64,000 nt of DNA. Origin: an uncultured Planctomycetia bacterium. Its GTDB lineage: Bacteria > Omnitrophota > Gorgyraeia > 2-02-FULL-51-18 > JAGOUK01. Numbering within the stretch: position 1 is the first letter of the stretch; every line of letters begins with the position of its first letter. Position numbers and translations under genes: made by a program. The stretch is from NCBI GenBank assembly GCA_964430735.1, contig CAYSFB010000008.1, forward strand, positions 12,870 through 76,869, in the 5' to 3' direction. The notes under the pieces were generated by a model. It was not told where the DNA came from. It saw nothing but the letters and a program-made list of their open reading frames with translations, and did no database searches. This document shows positions 43,201-50,522 of the stretch, in pieces.

Positions 43201-46200
43201 AATCCCGAGTTTGCCGCATATGCTGCGGGCCGGCTGCTGGAGCCCCGGTATGACCTGCCGCCGGAGAACGGCGCTGACTCCAAAAAGGTCTCCGTCATGG
43301 AGATGTATCTCAACCGCTATGACCAGGTGCATGTCTCGCCTGCCGACGAATTGTATCTAAAATTCATGTTGGGCAGCGACGTGCCTCCTTCCGTTCGATT
43401 GGAGCCGTCCGTCCGGAAGGGCGGCGCCGCGGCCGGGGCGTCCTTGAACGATCGGGACCTTGCCGGCTTGATCTGGTTCGCGTTCAAGTATCCGCAGGAA
43501 GTCAGCGCTGACTGGCCGGCTTTTTTGGAAAGGATGTCGGCGATCGATGACGGACCGCTGCAGGAGATCAGGAATCAGATCGCCGGGGCGGTGAACGGCC
43601 AAGACATGGTCAATATGGTCTGGATCCGGGAAATCGCCCAAAACGCGCGTGACGCCATCCGAAAAGAAAAAGAAACCGGGATCCAGAGCGGATTTTTGGG
43701 CCACGGATTTTATACCTTGTTTGCCGGCGGGACCAACGGCAGGACGTTTGTCCGAGTCGTCACCGGCCGCGGCGAAGAAGGGGGCGTCGAGCTTTTGCTG
43801 CAGCCCCATTATGACCCCAAAGGCTTACTGGAAGACATTCGCGTGGTGAGCATGACGCCTTTGGCCGGCGACTTCAAGGGAACCCGGATCGAGCGTATAC
43901 ACCGCATGGATGGGAGTGCGGACGAGGCCGCCGTCCTCGGTCAAATGCTCGCGGATTATCAAGTCAGGCGGTATCTCGGGGCGGTGCCCGGCGGAGACGA
44001 GCGCGTCGGCATTTACCTTAACGGAGAGGCGGTCAATCAGGATCGGCCTGAATCCGCGGAACCCGACTCTCGAATTCTGATCAAAAACGGCGTTCGGCCG
44101 TCAGCGGACGCCGAAGGCGTGTCGGAATGGGTCGTGAGCATCGAAGACCCAGTGGGGATGAGTCTTAAGACCGTGCTCAGCAAGCTGCTGCCGGTCGACG
44201 TCTCCGGGAAGCCCATGCAGAGCGAGCCCGCACGCCGGCAGACGATCGATGGCATCCAGACGCACTACAGCCGGGATTTGATCCCCCGGGTCACTTTGGA
44301 CGGTTTGTATGTGGATCAGCCCGACGCGTCCTATGCGGGACTTGTGCCGGAGTCCGTGCTCGGCGTGCTCCAGCCGCGAGGATGGAATGTGGATTTTCCG
44401 GCGGGCACTCCGACCACGAGGACGCGTATCGGTATCCGGGAGCCTCAATCCTACCGGCCTTTTGTCGCCGCCCACGCGCTCAAGGATATGGTCCTTTTGT
44501 ATCTCGCTGAGCCGGATGTGGAGCTCCCTCTTCTGCCCAAGGACTATGTGTATTCGCAGACAAATGCGATCACGACCAGGAAAGACATCGAGCGGGATGC
44601 CCAAATCATCAACGCGTATCTGGAAGGCCTGTTAAAAGATGAGCAGCGGCTGGCGGATGTCGACTTTAACCGGTATAAACAATCACCGCACGAACTGATC
44701 CAGCTTCTGACGCTGATCCGTGTTCCGTCAGCCGACGGCCGGCGGATCAGCATGAGAGAAATCAAGGAAGAGGTGCTGAGTCGGTTCAACGGCCAGGGAT
44801 CGCAGACGCCCATCAGCCTGCCCAAGGGCATGGAGCATCTGGAGGAGACGATCGAGCAAAATATCCGCGCTTCAAAATCGGCTCAAAGCATCGATTACAG
44901 CTCGATCGCCGACGAACCCATCCTTCTTGCTTTTCGCCGTTTTGTCGAGGAGCTGAATTCGATCGGCGGGGTTGGGGACAACACGGTTGGTTACCACTTT
45001 GAGATTAACGGAATATCGCTCGCCCATGCCGCCGGGTCAGAGGTCCGCTTCAATCTGGATTATCACAAAAAATTCCTGGAACCGCTGTTGGACTTCTTGA
45101 GACGAGGTCAGGATATTACAGCTCAGGAAGACATGGTGATGACAATTATCCATGAGACAGCCCACACCCTTGAGAGAGGGTACAGGCCTCTGTACGGCAA
45201 TGATTGGACGCATCATGCGGAGCAGGATGTGCCGGGCACTTTTGCCTGGATCATGAAGACGTACCTGACCAAGCTTCTAAAAAATATGGAAAGCCCCGAT
45301 GCTGTCCGCCGGAGTATTTTACAGGAGGTCGGTGTCGACCTCGCCGGCCTCGAGGCGTCTTATCAGCGTGTTGCAGATTTTGTGAAACAGCAGCAGACGG
45401 CCGGTTCCGCAGATCAAGGACCTGATACAGCGCCTTCCGCCGCGCGGCTGGCTTCTGATGCGGAATCAAAGCCGCGGATCGGCGCCGGGCTTCCGTCAGA
45501 TGCGGCAAAAAGAATATGGGAAGATTACTTCAGAGATCGAAGCAGAGCAGAGACGAACGGCCCTTTTCAGGGGGGGTATCCGGAGAATGTGCTTTTGTTT
45601 GTGGAGGATGGAGTGGCGGGCATCGAGTCCGATGGGCTGGCGGTTCGGGAGATCGGATCAGGGGATGGGACGGTGGCCCGACACCTCTCAAAATCCATCG
45701 GCGCCAAAATTGGACTCTACATCCTTTCGAATCCGCATGAGATGAGCAGCGAGGACAGGTTGCTCGGGCTGATTTCGGAAGACGATAAATTTTCGTACGA
45801 AAAAATAGACATTGAGAGAACCGTTCCTGCACATGTTCCGGCGGACGTGGCCGTGGCAACTTATGTGCTGGAATACACGGACCTCAACAGATCCCTCCCT
45901 AACGTGAAGGCCATGCTCAAGCCGGGCGGCCGATTCGTCGGTGTTTTTCACCATCCCGAATCGACCGTGGCCGCACATTTTTTCAAACGCCGACGGATGC
46001 TTCAAAGATCCGGGTGGATGGATCGGGCATGGAGCAGATCGGCAGGTCTGGTCCCGCTGCTCCGCGGGAGCAGGGTGGATGCCTGGGTCCGGGACCGTAT
46101 CGGCTATGATGCCGACGCGGATCAGATGTACTCCTTGCTGCTGAGCAATGTCGTTGAATTTGGATCGAAGGAGCGGCTGGTTCGTTTGTTGAGAAAATGG

Positions 46201-49200
46201 GGTTTCCAGACGGAAGAAAACGATGTCCAAACGATCATAGATGAAACGTCCGGATTGCCGATCGGATACGGAGTGATAGCCGCCAATCCTGCCAAGCCGA
46301 CAACTGCCTCTAGTACGGGGTCAGCGGCCCGGCTGGCTGCGCGTGAGGGCACCGATCCTATGAGCGGAGCGGATCTGGGCCGTCAATTCGTCATCCCCGC
46401 TGCGACTGAGGCGGCTAAGCAGCGGATGGACCGGCTTCGCAGCAAATTGGATAAACAATTCCTGTCACGCAGCGCGGTTTGGAGCCCGCTTGCGGGTGAA
46501 AAGATTGTGTCCGATGCGTATGAAGAACTTGCCATAACGCTCGGCATCGCCCGAAATGACGACCCGGGGAGCTTGAAGAGCGGCAGGTACTACGCCGATT
46601 TGATCATGATGATGGAACTCCAGCGCGACGTGTTGAAGGCGCTGGTTAAAATGGCCGCCGCAGGTAAATTGGGGATCAATAGAAAGGAATACGAAGGGCT
46701 GATCAGACGGGGGGTTTTTTCTGCCGGAAGGGTCCTTCCCGAAGAGAGAATCAAGTATTATGCGACGGCGAACGGGTTTGATTGGATGTTAGATGCCGCC
46801 GTCACCGACGAGGAACGGAAGAAGCTCGCCAAACGCTTGCTGGGAACGACGCTCGCATACATTGATTTGAACGATGAATCTGAAGTAAACATGATCGGCG
46901 ATCTGGTCAGCGCACTGTCGGGTGTCAGCGAGATGAAGGATTCACGTCAGCGAGCGGAACGCGTGAAACAAATAATGGACGGGGTGGAACACGCCCGCAA
47001 GACCGTCGCGGAAGTGTCGCAGTGGGACCTGCTGCACCGCTTTGAGAAGAACAATCCGGGAGCATTAAGATTGGTCCGCGGCTTCAGGGACGCAGCGAAC
47101 GAACCTTATGTCGACTCGGAGGTCGGTAAACCGGCTTCTATCGGCAAGACGACTTTTTTCACGCATGTACCGGGACATGCGGATGACTTCTGGGAAGACA
47201 ACGCAAGGGGTGGTGTGGTGGTGGCCGATGTGCCGGTAGATTCCATCCAATTCACTTCCTGGGTGATGCCCGACGCGGAGACGGATGGATACGAGCCTCA
47301 GATCGGTGTTCAGGGTCGCGCGACGATTCAGCGCGTGTTCAGATTGGGCGGCAACTTGAACGGCTCGGACGCGCGGGAGTGGCTTGTGTATGGAGCCGCA
47401 ATGTGGGAAACGCTGAGCAGTTACGGGCAGCTGCTTCCGGACGGCGATTTGCTGGCGAAGGGTGATGACAGGAGAGACATTCGGAGACCGGAACAAGGGT
47501 CGCGGCTGGCGGATTCGATTTCTGACAGGCACGGCTCGAACCAGGTAATCCTGCAGAGAGCGCGGGAACGACTGGAGGCTTTGATGGCGCTTCCGGACGT
47601 TGATCGCATCAGCATCGACGAGAAGGAGGCGAATCAGTTCATCCCAAAAGAAATCAAGGCGCTGTTTGATGCAGCGGATCCGCAGGATGCGGAGCTGCCG
47701 TATGTGGTCGCGACCGGCGGCACGGCCAGGGATTTTGCGGTTGCGATGGTCGCGCATTCGGAGAAGAGGCAAAAGCCCTTCTCGATGCCGGATTCGACGG
47801 ATGTGGACATTCTCATTCCCAGCGGAAAGGAGCTCGCCGAACACGATTGGGATGAGAACGCTTTTGAGGTCCTTAAGGCCCGTTTACTGGAGGCCGCCCA
47901 AATAGATCCGGATTTAAAAAAGCTTACGGGGCAGACTCTGGATCCCATCCCCAGCCGCTGGCTCGAGGGGCGATTTACTTTTGAATATCAAATGCTTGCG
48001 GTCGGAAAGGGCAAAGCATTCAGCATCAGCCGGCTGGGCTTGACTCGAATGAACGGCAAATACATCCTTTTTGGCCACAGAAGCGCAATCAAGGATCTCC
48101 AAAGTAAAAAATTGAACTTATGGCAGGCGCCGGGCCTCAAGCTTGGCGAAGGCATGATTGCAAAAATGCTGGGAAAAGCTGCGATCTATAATGAGCATGC
48201 GGGTTTTGCCATGACGGAGGATCTGAAGAGCAAGATAAATGAAGAAATCATGTCGATGAGCCCGGACCAAAAACAAGAACTTCTTTTTTATATCAGGAAG
48301 CACGCTCTCCTAGTGCGGAGCGGGGATGATCCGGGTCCTAGAATTCATGCGGTGCTCAGGGAGCTCGGTGTTGATCTGTCTGGAGCCAGGCTCGCCGGAT
48401 CCCAGAACGACCCGGAAAGTATTCTTGATGATTTGAACGCTGAGCTGCCGGTCGTGGACCAAAAGAATCCGTCCGATCATCCGGCGGTCAGGGCGTGGTT
48501 GGAAGCCGGCGAAAGCGACGGATTCTTCGTGCTCCATAAAAATGCCCCCTTGGATCCTTATGCCACCCGGCCGATGGTGCCGGTGCCCTGGGTTGTCGCT
48601 GGATATTTGATGGATAAAGGGTGGTTGCAATTTCATGTTCGTAATAAAGAGGGCGAGGCAATCGCTTCCGGTGATGTTATCGCCACGTTGAGCCCGGATT
48701 CCGACATAGAATTTGGGGACATCGCACAAAAGCTGAGATCGGGGTATCTGGAATCTGGTCTGCAGGAAGGATTCAGCGGAACGATCCGGGATGAAGTGAA
48801 TTATCCGGCAAAAAATCTGATCGAGGTCATCATCGGTTCGGAGAAGGCTTCGGGGATCTTGTTGCTCAGTTCCGTATATGCGCCCTATCTCGATCTGCAG
48901 ACCCGTCAACGCCTGATAACCGGTGAGTTGGATCGTAGATTCGACGAGATGATCCGGCGGATGGAGATGACCCTGGAGCCGAATGAGCTCGATCTCCGCG
49001 AACTGGTTCGTGAAGCGTTTCAGCCCGCCTATCGGCTGCAGCGGTTGGATGTTATGTTCCGGTTGATCGAGGCGGTCCGGCCGAAGCTCGAAAGCAAATC
49101 ATTATTTCTGACTTCACTTTACGAGCGCACGATCCGGGCGGCTGGCCGGCGCGGATCCCTGGAGGGGATCGATCCGGAAATATTGAAAAAATTAGATGCC

Positions 49201-50370
49201 GCACATCTCGCATTGGGCAGCGATCCGGACTCGGGAGCCGATGCGGACGACTTGGATATTTATGAGCAGATGCGCGGCAAAGTGGAATCGGCAGCTCGAT
49301 TGGCGACTGCGGATCGCCCGGCGGCGGGTGCGGTCGAGCTCAAGGCGCTTCTGGATCTTGTAGATCTGATCGGGCGGTATGCGCTGCTGGACGGAGAGGT
49401 TCCGGTGGAAGAAATTGCGGATTCGGTGCGGCGGGACAGCTTATGGGCGGTCATGGCCAGCACGTTCGGAGATCCGGCCAAGCGTATTGTGGCAAAAGAC
49501 GACCGGATCTACGTGGGGGTCGGAGGATATCTCACGGTTGTTTCCGACGGAGCGCTATGGACACCGGGAGGTAAGGAGCTGATGCGACTCGATCAGACTT
49601 CGTCCGATACGACCATGGCGGACGATGCGACCGCCTCCGGCTTGATCACCGACCCGGCGCAGCTCCGGCGAATGATGCCGACCGTTTCCACCGGGGCTTC
49701 CGACGCGGCTTGGGAGATCGGGTATCAGCGGGCCTTGTCGCGGCTGATGAATTACTTGGCCGCGCTCCAGGCCAGGCGGGGCGGACAAGTCCTTCCGGTG
49801 GCTGTAACCTATCGTGACGTCCAGCTGGAGGGTCTTGATCCGCAGGCACTGGCCAAATTGGCCGAGACCATTCAGGGGTTCCAGCAGCGTATGCAGGTTT
49901 ATCCAATATTTGATCCGCAGGAGGCGTCCAAGCTTGGGATTGATCTGACTCCCGGCACTAGAGCCGGTTTGCTGAAGGCGTCGGCCGCGAGCGTGGACTT
50001 GTACGCGAAGGATAAAGGGATCTTTGAGCGCGGCACTCCGCGGCTGCTTTTTGAAAACGGAGAATCCGGTAGTTTATTCGAGTTTGCGTTGACGACCCTG
50101 CTTCTGACGGCGGTCGCGAGAACGGCTGCCGCTTCAAAAGACCAAAGCGGGGCGATCGACAGGTCGGATCTGATGCGCCTGATCGACGAGGTCGGTCAGG
50201 CGATCGTCGAGTTGAGCGCCCAACGCGTCGACATCGAAGGGATGCGTGTCATCAGCGGCGAAAACGAAGACCCCGCCGTGCTCGAGCGTTACAAAGCCCG
50301 CGCCATCGCCCTCGACCGTGTCCTCCGCGCCCTTAACATGGCCCTCGACGCAGTCAAGTCCGCGGCATAA
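37246..50370 (+). CDS. Giant multidomain protein 2 (4,374 aa). It has the paralogue-shared signal peptide and N-domain, then two GHKL-ATPase-like modules, a beta-propeller-like low-GC segment, an HExxH site and a methyltransferase-like module.
   Basis: Uninterrupted 13.1 kb ORF. The N-terminus 'MVIINKNCIGIFLRRLISISLCLSFGAMELAWA' parallels the giant 1 signal peptide. 'GTNGKLIIHIQDAHSNLSGQKSLAGALDE' and 'FFIAGGYHTGHLTRLWRGAGYSYAVLTP' align to giants 1 and 3. Confidence 0.85.
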   Translation: MVIINKNCIGIFLRRLISISLCLSFGAMELAWAGPDVFSAGSAVPIRSDSAAKPFSVTIPTDISRLQVPLEHTTLKEFHQGTNGKLIIHIQDAHSNLSGQKSLAGALDEMMTRYGVELVLVEGSSTDVTLDPLKKIGTRDQWKRAANRLLYEGLISGEEFLNLTTDHPMKLIGIESQELYDESLETYAELVKSRQKTLNYLRRIRLALDRVKNKLYPSELLAFESAWSADQDDFNLRVGKLLELADRAGVTLGTDFAEIAKLKGLRAREKQIDFDAANRDQERLMTLAFQGKDEAARKALADAGRRARTQPVAMGAFLRALWSEAEGRGAVRESFPVILAYAEYLDAFGMLKMEDLLGQLDLLEDTVYKTLLADSEDARMTRACDRFLGLLQKAYQIKMSSTEFAMLQLNEKDFSTKLILGFLNRKLLDLGFTEDLTPYQTPIEDARASLEKFYELVDRRDLAFMEKSAQAFTGQQADAAFFIAGGYHTGHLTRLWRGAGYSYAVLTPAVTYETDQDQYENLLLAPLKLARKRIQKPSHESEELIQIAKDLAPEKAADGLRKMDALATAESNGARFAKSLTVSFSPIQAAAVTAQAARLASQSKFEASVDPEGDGGWKNLGKTVGYMRDVLNSGQSDLDYASILSGDQNVTRDAAEVELRTYIHNQASLQDQALIELIANGQDASAAGPTIGRFGLGMYQMFQELKTPDDRIVVTTSDGTSATRMEFRLTNGAIEYKASNLGGGLPKGTRVDVRRNLAPEEIKSKIGIIEKKLATNSRGAVRLRNKDRDAEVTVNQIDGYRYLNGDAVSADIIPPVDVEIGSEGYSIIDRGRGMSPKTIMTKYLMPKGTTKNITGQESESSEEVRSETKIFYRMEGDRENDEAVIRIQVSGVLIQEFKARGLNLPAVTVLELPHAVWLPESRDRVALDQTTIRGLMDLVDKLLAPEREGLDARFALINAIGALAKKMSDETNGKDTRLIHELKQRVSAAVKREEQNGAVFVPNRMEFSAVRTKSGRIVYLDEKLFYFSPQGMKGAELINKFESRSNNRLYLVDLDSSEGAPAYLAGRAGIGSGWILMNRELYDKHKDDPAFIDALLNLKIDYGNPGVQLGRLIVQSDVSAARQEEANWAASSQFELPRGFWGWWKACLSLPLGLIDSLTAIAAVVQGMLTGKRRDSAASNDDDVLASIINQPKALIGKWSEAPYQKTHTRYLVQHAGNMISTGTMTHENEHEYMAMSDRLMSAADRLRTAIPGIDIGASAAEWLDQSYWLMDASIDGTDSAEILRTHKDHLYFLRGDDVYRMDSSGFVERVIEGPQTFAGDHDGYLYFNKKDGVYRTGSSGDAELVMEGAEVFIRGGMAVAVKNPTTSQEQPVLYTLRKGKAVQLDEHVEKIWPGGDASGSMAYATRHNGVTTLKVIDGNGAVTSRVLTPSAWEAIQKSNYIYEFDFTAALQTSLGYRPKKYLKRGDHTVLVENGRIIFYQHGSKRAYKPQVFEVLGDGSVVEYPVDQEEQISRVMTGPDGALYVVVHNVWQGMLEGFFRRDLSGLGGMRREVIGEESSKIYKHKMGEVTLVSEGNITELQRSNGGIYYKSSGEWKRVDENGKEIDLLNSSISERIRREYGSAVDVKQVGVIGGNLILFRRSASVQELSAVRPGQRVRPVAGDLWWIYDMGAGEAAPMNQLLTDVIQVEGGIVAVRKSAQDPMNEPLSSSLVYIRQGSDGMLQEEVLIDGAEDIRMELDGNELHVVNQPKNQYASYEKYSLKDNQARVVETHKIRGRLAPDSYLTYDKQNEKLEVRSEEYSLTNHLIDVHSGSVVDITLGRDINNSASRTVFIGGASVHLSAKADRPIAVEITLPFMLRRSETFSNSAERLIGAYSSFSRFIDEASKEEYGNLLHSLWLAEGGSPVNMFLSMEQQALCAPFMTEEVVSVLEGYLSEAASMKSAREIFSELILPVLNLYQASARRPEEIREGLLKLLRNLRRMQTLNPEFAAYAAGRLLEPRYDLPPENGADSKKVSVMEMYLNRYDQVHVSPADELYLKFMLGSDVPPSVRLEPSVRKGGAAAGASLNDRDLAGLIWFAFKYPQEVSADWPAFLERMSAIDDGPLQEIRNQIAGAVNGQDMVNMVWIREIAQNARDAIRKEKETGIQSGFLGHGFYTLFAGGTNGRTFVRVVTGRGEEGGVELLLQPHYDPKGLLEDIRVVSMTPLAGDFKGTRIERIHRMDGSADEAAVLGQMLADYQVRRYLGAVPGGDERVGIYLNGEAVNQDRPESAEPDSRILIKNGVRPSADAEGVSEWVVSIEDPVGMSLKTVLSKLLPVDVSGKPMQSEPARRQTIDGIQTHYSRDLIPRVTLDGLYVDQPDASYAGLVPESVLGVLQPRGWNVDFPAGTPTTRTRIGIREPQSYRPFVAAHALKDMVLLYLAEPDVELPLLPKDYVYSQTNAITTRKDIERDAQIINAYLEGLLKDEQRLADVDFNRYKQSPHELIQLLTLIRVPSADGRRISMREIKEEVLSRFNGQGSQTPISLPKGMEHLEETIEQNIRASKSAQSIDYSSIADEPILLAFRRFVEELNSIGGVGDNTVGYHFEINGISLAHAAGSEVRFNLDYHKKFLEPLLDFLRRGQDITAQEDMVMTIIHETAHTLERGYRPLYGNDWTHHAEQDVPGTFAWIMKTYLTKLLKNMESPDAVRRSILQEVGVDLAGLEASYQRVADFVKQQQTAGSADQGPDTAPSAARLASDAESKPRIGAGLPSDAAKRIWEDYFRDRSRAETNGPFQGGYPENVLLFVEDGVAGIESDGLAVREIGSGDGTVARHLSKSIGAKIGLYILSNPHEMSSEDRLLGLISEDDKFSYEKIDIERTVPAHVPADVAVATYVLEYTDLNRSLPNVKAMLKPGGRFVGVFHHPESTVAAHFFKRRRMLQRSGWMDRAWSRSAGLVPLLRGSRVDAWVRDRIGYDADADQMYSLLLSNVVEFGSKERLVRLLRKWGFQTEENDVQTIIDETSGLPIGYGVIAANPAKPTTASSTGSAARLAAREGTDPMSGADLGRQFVIPAATEAAKQRMDRLRSKLDKQFLSRSAVWSPLAGEKIVSDAYEELAITLGIARNDDPGSLKSGRYYADLIMMMELQRDVLKALVKMAAAGKLGINRKEYEGLIRRGVFSAGRVLPEERIKYYATANGFDWMLDAAVTDEERKKLAKRLLGTTLAYIDLNDESEVNMIGDLVSALSGVSEMKDSRQRAERVKQIMDGVEHARKTVAEVSQWDLLHRFEKNNPGALRLVRGFRDAANEPYVDSEVGKPASIGKTTFFTHVPGHADDFWEDNARGGVVVADVPVDSIQFTSWVMPDAETDGYEPQIGVQGRATIQRVFRLGGNLNGSDAREWLVYGAAMWETLSSYGQLLPDGDLLAKGDDRRDIRRPEQGSRLADSISDRHGSNQVILQRARERLEALMALPDVDRISIDEKEANQFIPKEIKALFDAADPQDAELPYVVATGGTARDFAVAMVAHSEKRQKPFSMPDSTDVDILIPSGKELAEHDWDENAFEVLKARLLEAAQIDPDLKKLTGQTLDPIPSRWLEGRFTFEYQMLAVGKGKAFSISRLGLTRMNGKYILFGHRSAIKDLQSKKLNLWQAPGLKLGEGMIAKMLGKAAIYNEHAGFAMTEDLKSKINEEIMSMSPDQKQELLFYIRKHALLVRSGDDPGPRIHAVLRELGVDLSGARLAGSQNDPESILDDLNAELPVVDQKNPSDHPAVRAWLEAGESDGFFVLHKNAPLDPYATRPMVPVPWVVAGYLMDKGWLQFHVRNKEGEAIASGDVIATLSPDSDIEFGDIAQKLRSGYLESGLQEGFSGTIRDEVNYPAKNLIEVIIGSEKASGILLLSSVYAPYLDLQTRQRLITGELDRRFDEMIRRMEMTLEPNELDLRELVREAFQPAYRLQRLDVMFRLIEAVRPKLESKSLFLTSLYERTIRAAGRRGSLEGIDPEILKKLDAAHLALGSDPDSGADADDLDIYEQMRGKVESAARLATADRPAAGAVELKALLDLVDLIGRYALLDGEVPVEEIADSVRRDSLWAVMASTFGDPAKRIVAKDDRIYVGVGGYLTVVSDGALWTPGGKELMRLDQTSSDTTMADDATASGLITDPAQLRRMMPTVSTGASDAAWEIGYQRALSRLMNYLAALQARRGGQVLPVAVTYRDVQLEGLDPQALAKLAETIQGFQQRMQVYPIFDPQEASKLGIDLTPGTRAGLLKASAASVDLYAKDKGIFERGTPRLLFENGESGSLFEFALTTLLLTAVARTAAASKDQSGAIDRSDLMRLIDEVGQAIVELSAQRVDIEGMRVISGENEDPAVLERYKARAIALDRVLRALNMALDAVKSAA
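39255..39810 (+). other. GHKL / Hsp90-like ATPase module 1 inside giant protein 2
   Basis: 'LIELIANGQDAS' (39271-39300) plus 'IGRFGLGMYQMF' (39321-39353) parallels Hsp90/MORC 'ELISNASDA...GQFGVGFYSAF'. The downstream 'IIDRGRGMSPKTIMTKYLMPKGTTK' resembles the DNGIGM...G motif. Confidence 0.55.
43600..44000 (+). other. GHKL-like ATPase module 2 inside giant protein 2
   Basis: 'VWIREIAQNARDAI' (43621-43659) and 'GFLGHGFYTLFAG' (43691-43723). Confidence 0.45.
45640..45960 (+). other. Class I SAM-dependent methyltransferase-like module inside giant protein 2
   Basis: Motif I 'VREIGSGDGTVARHL' (45646-45675) and 'LKPGGRFVGVF' (45915-45938). The module is bounded by AARLA motifs at 45439 and 46324. 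Confidence 0.55.
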
Positions 50371-50407
50371 CTTCAAAGTAAACCAACAAAAAATATAGAA
50401 GGTCGCC

Positions 50408-50436
50408 TTGAAGGCAGCTTGTGCCGAGGGTATACT
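50408..50436 (+). promoter_or_regulatory. Candidate sigma-70-type promoter for giant gene 3 (TTGAAG-N17-TATACT)
   Basis: TTGAAG at 50408-50413, a 17-nt spacer, then TATACT at 50431-50436, about 85 nt upstream of ATG 50523. No terminator separates giant 2 from giant 3, so co-transcription is also possible. Confidence 0.35.
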
Positions 50437-50522
50437 CCCCACAAGTTATTTACTTTTTCACGGCAGTGCTTTGCCCTCTATTCAAGGGCTTATCACAAGT
50501 CATAAAACGACGGGATCATTTG

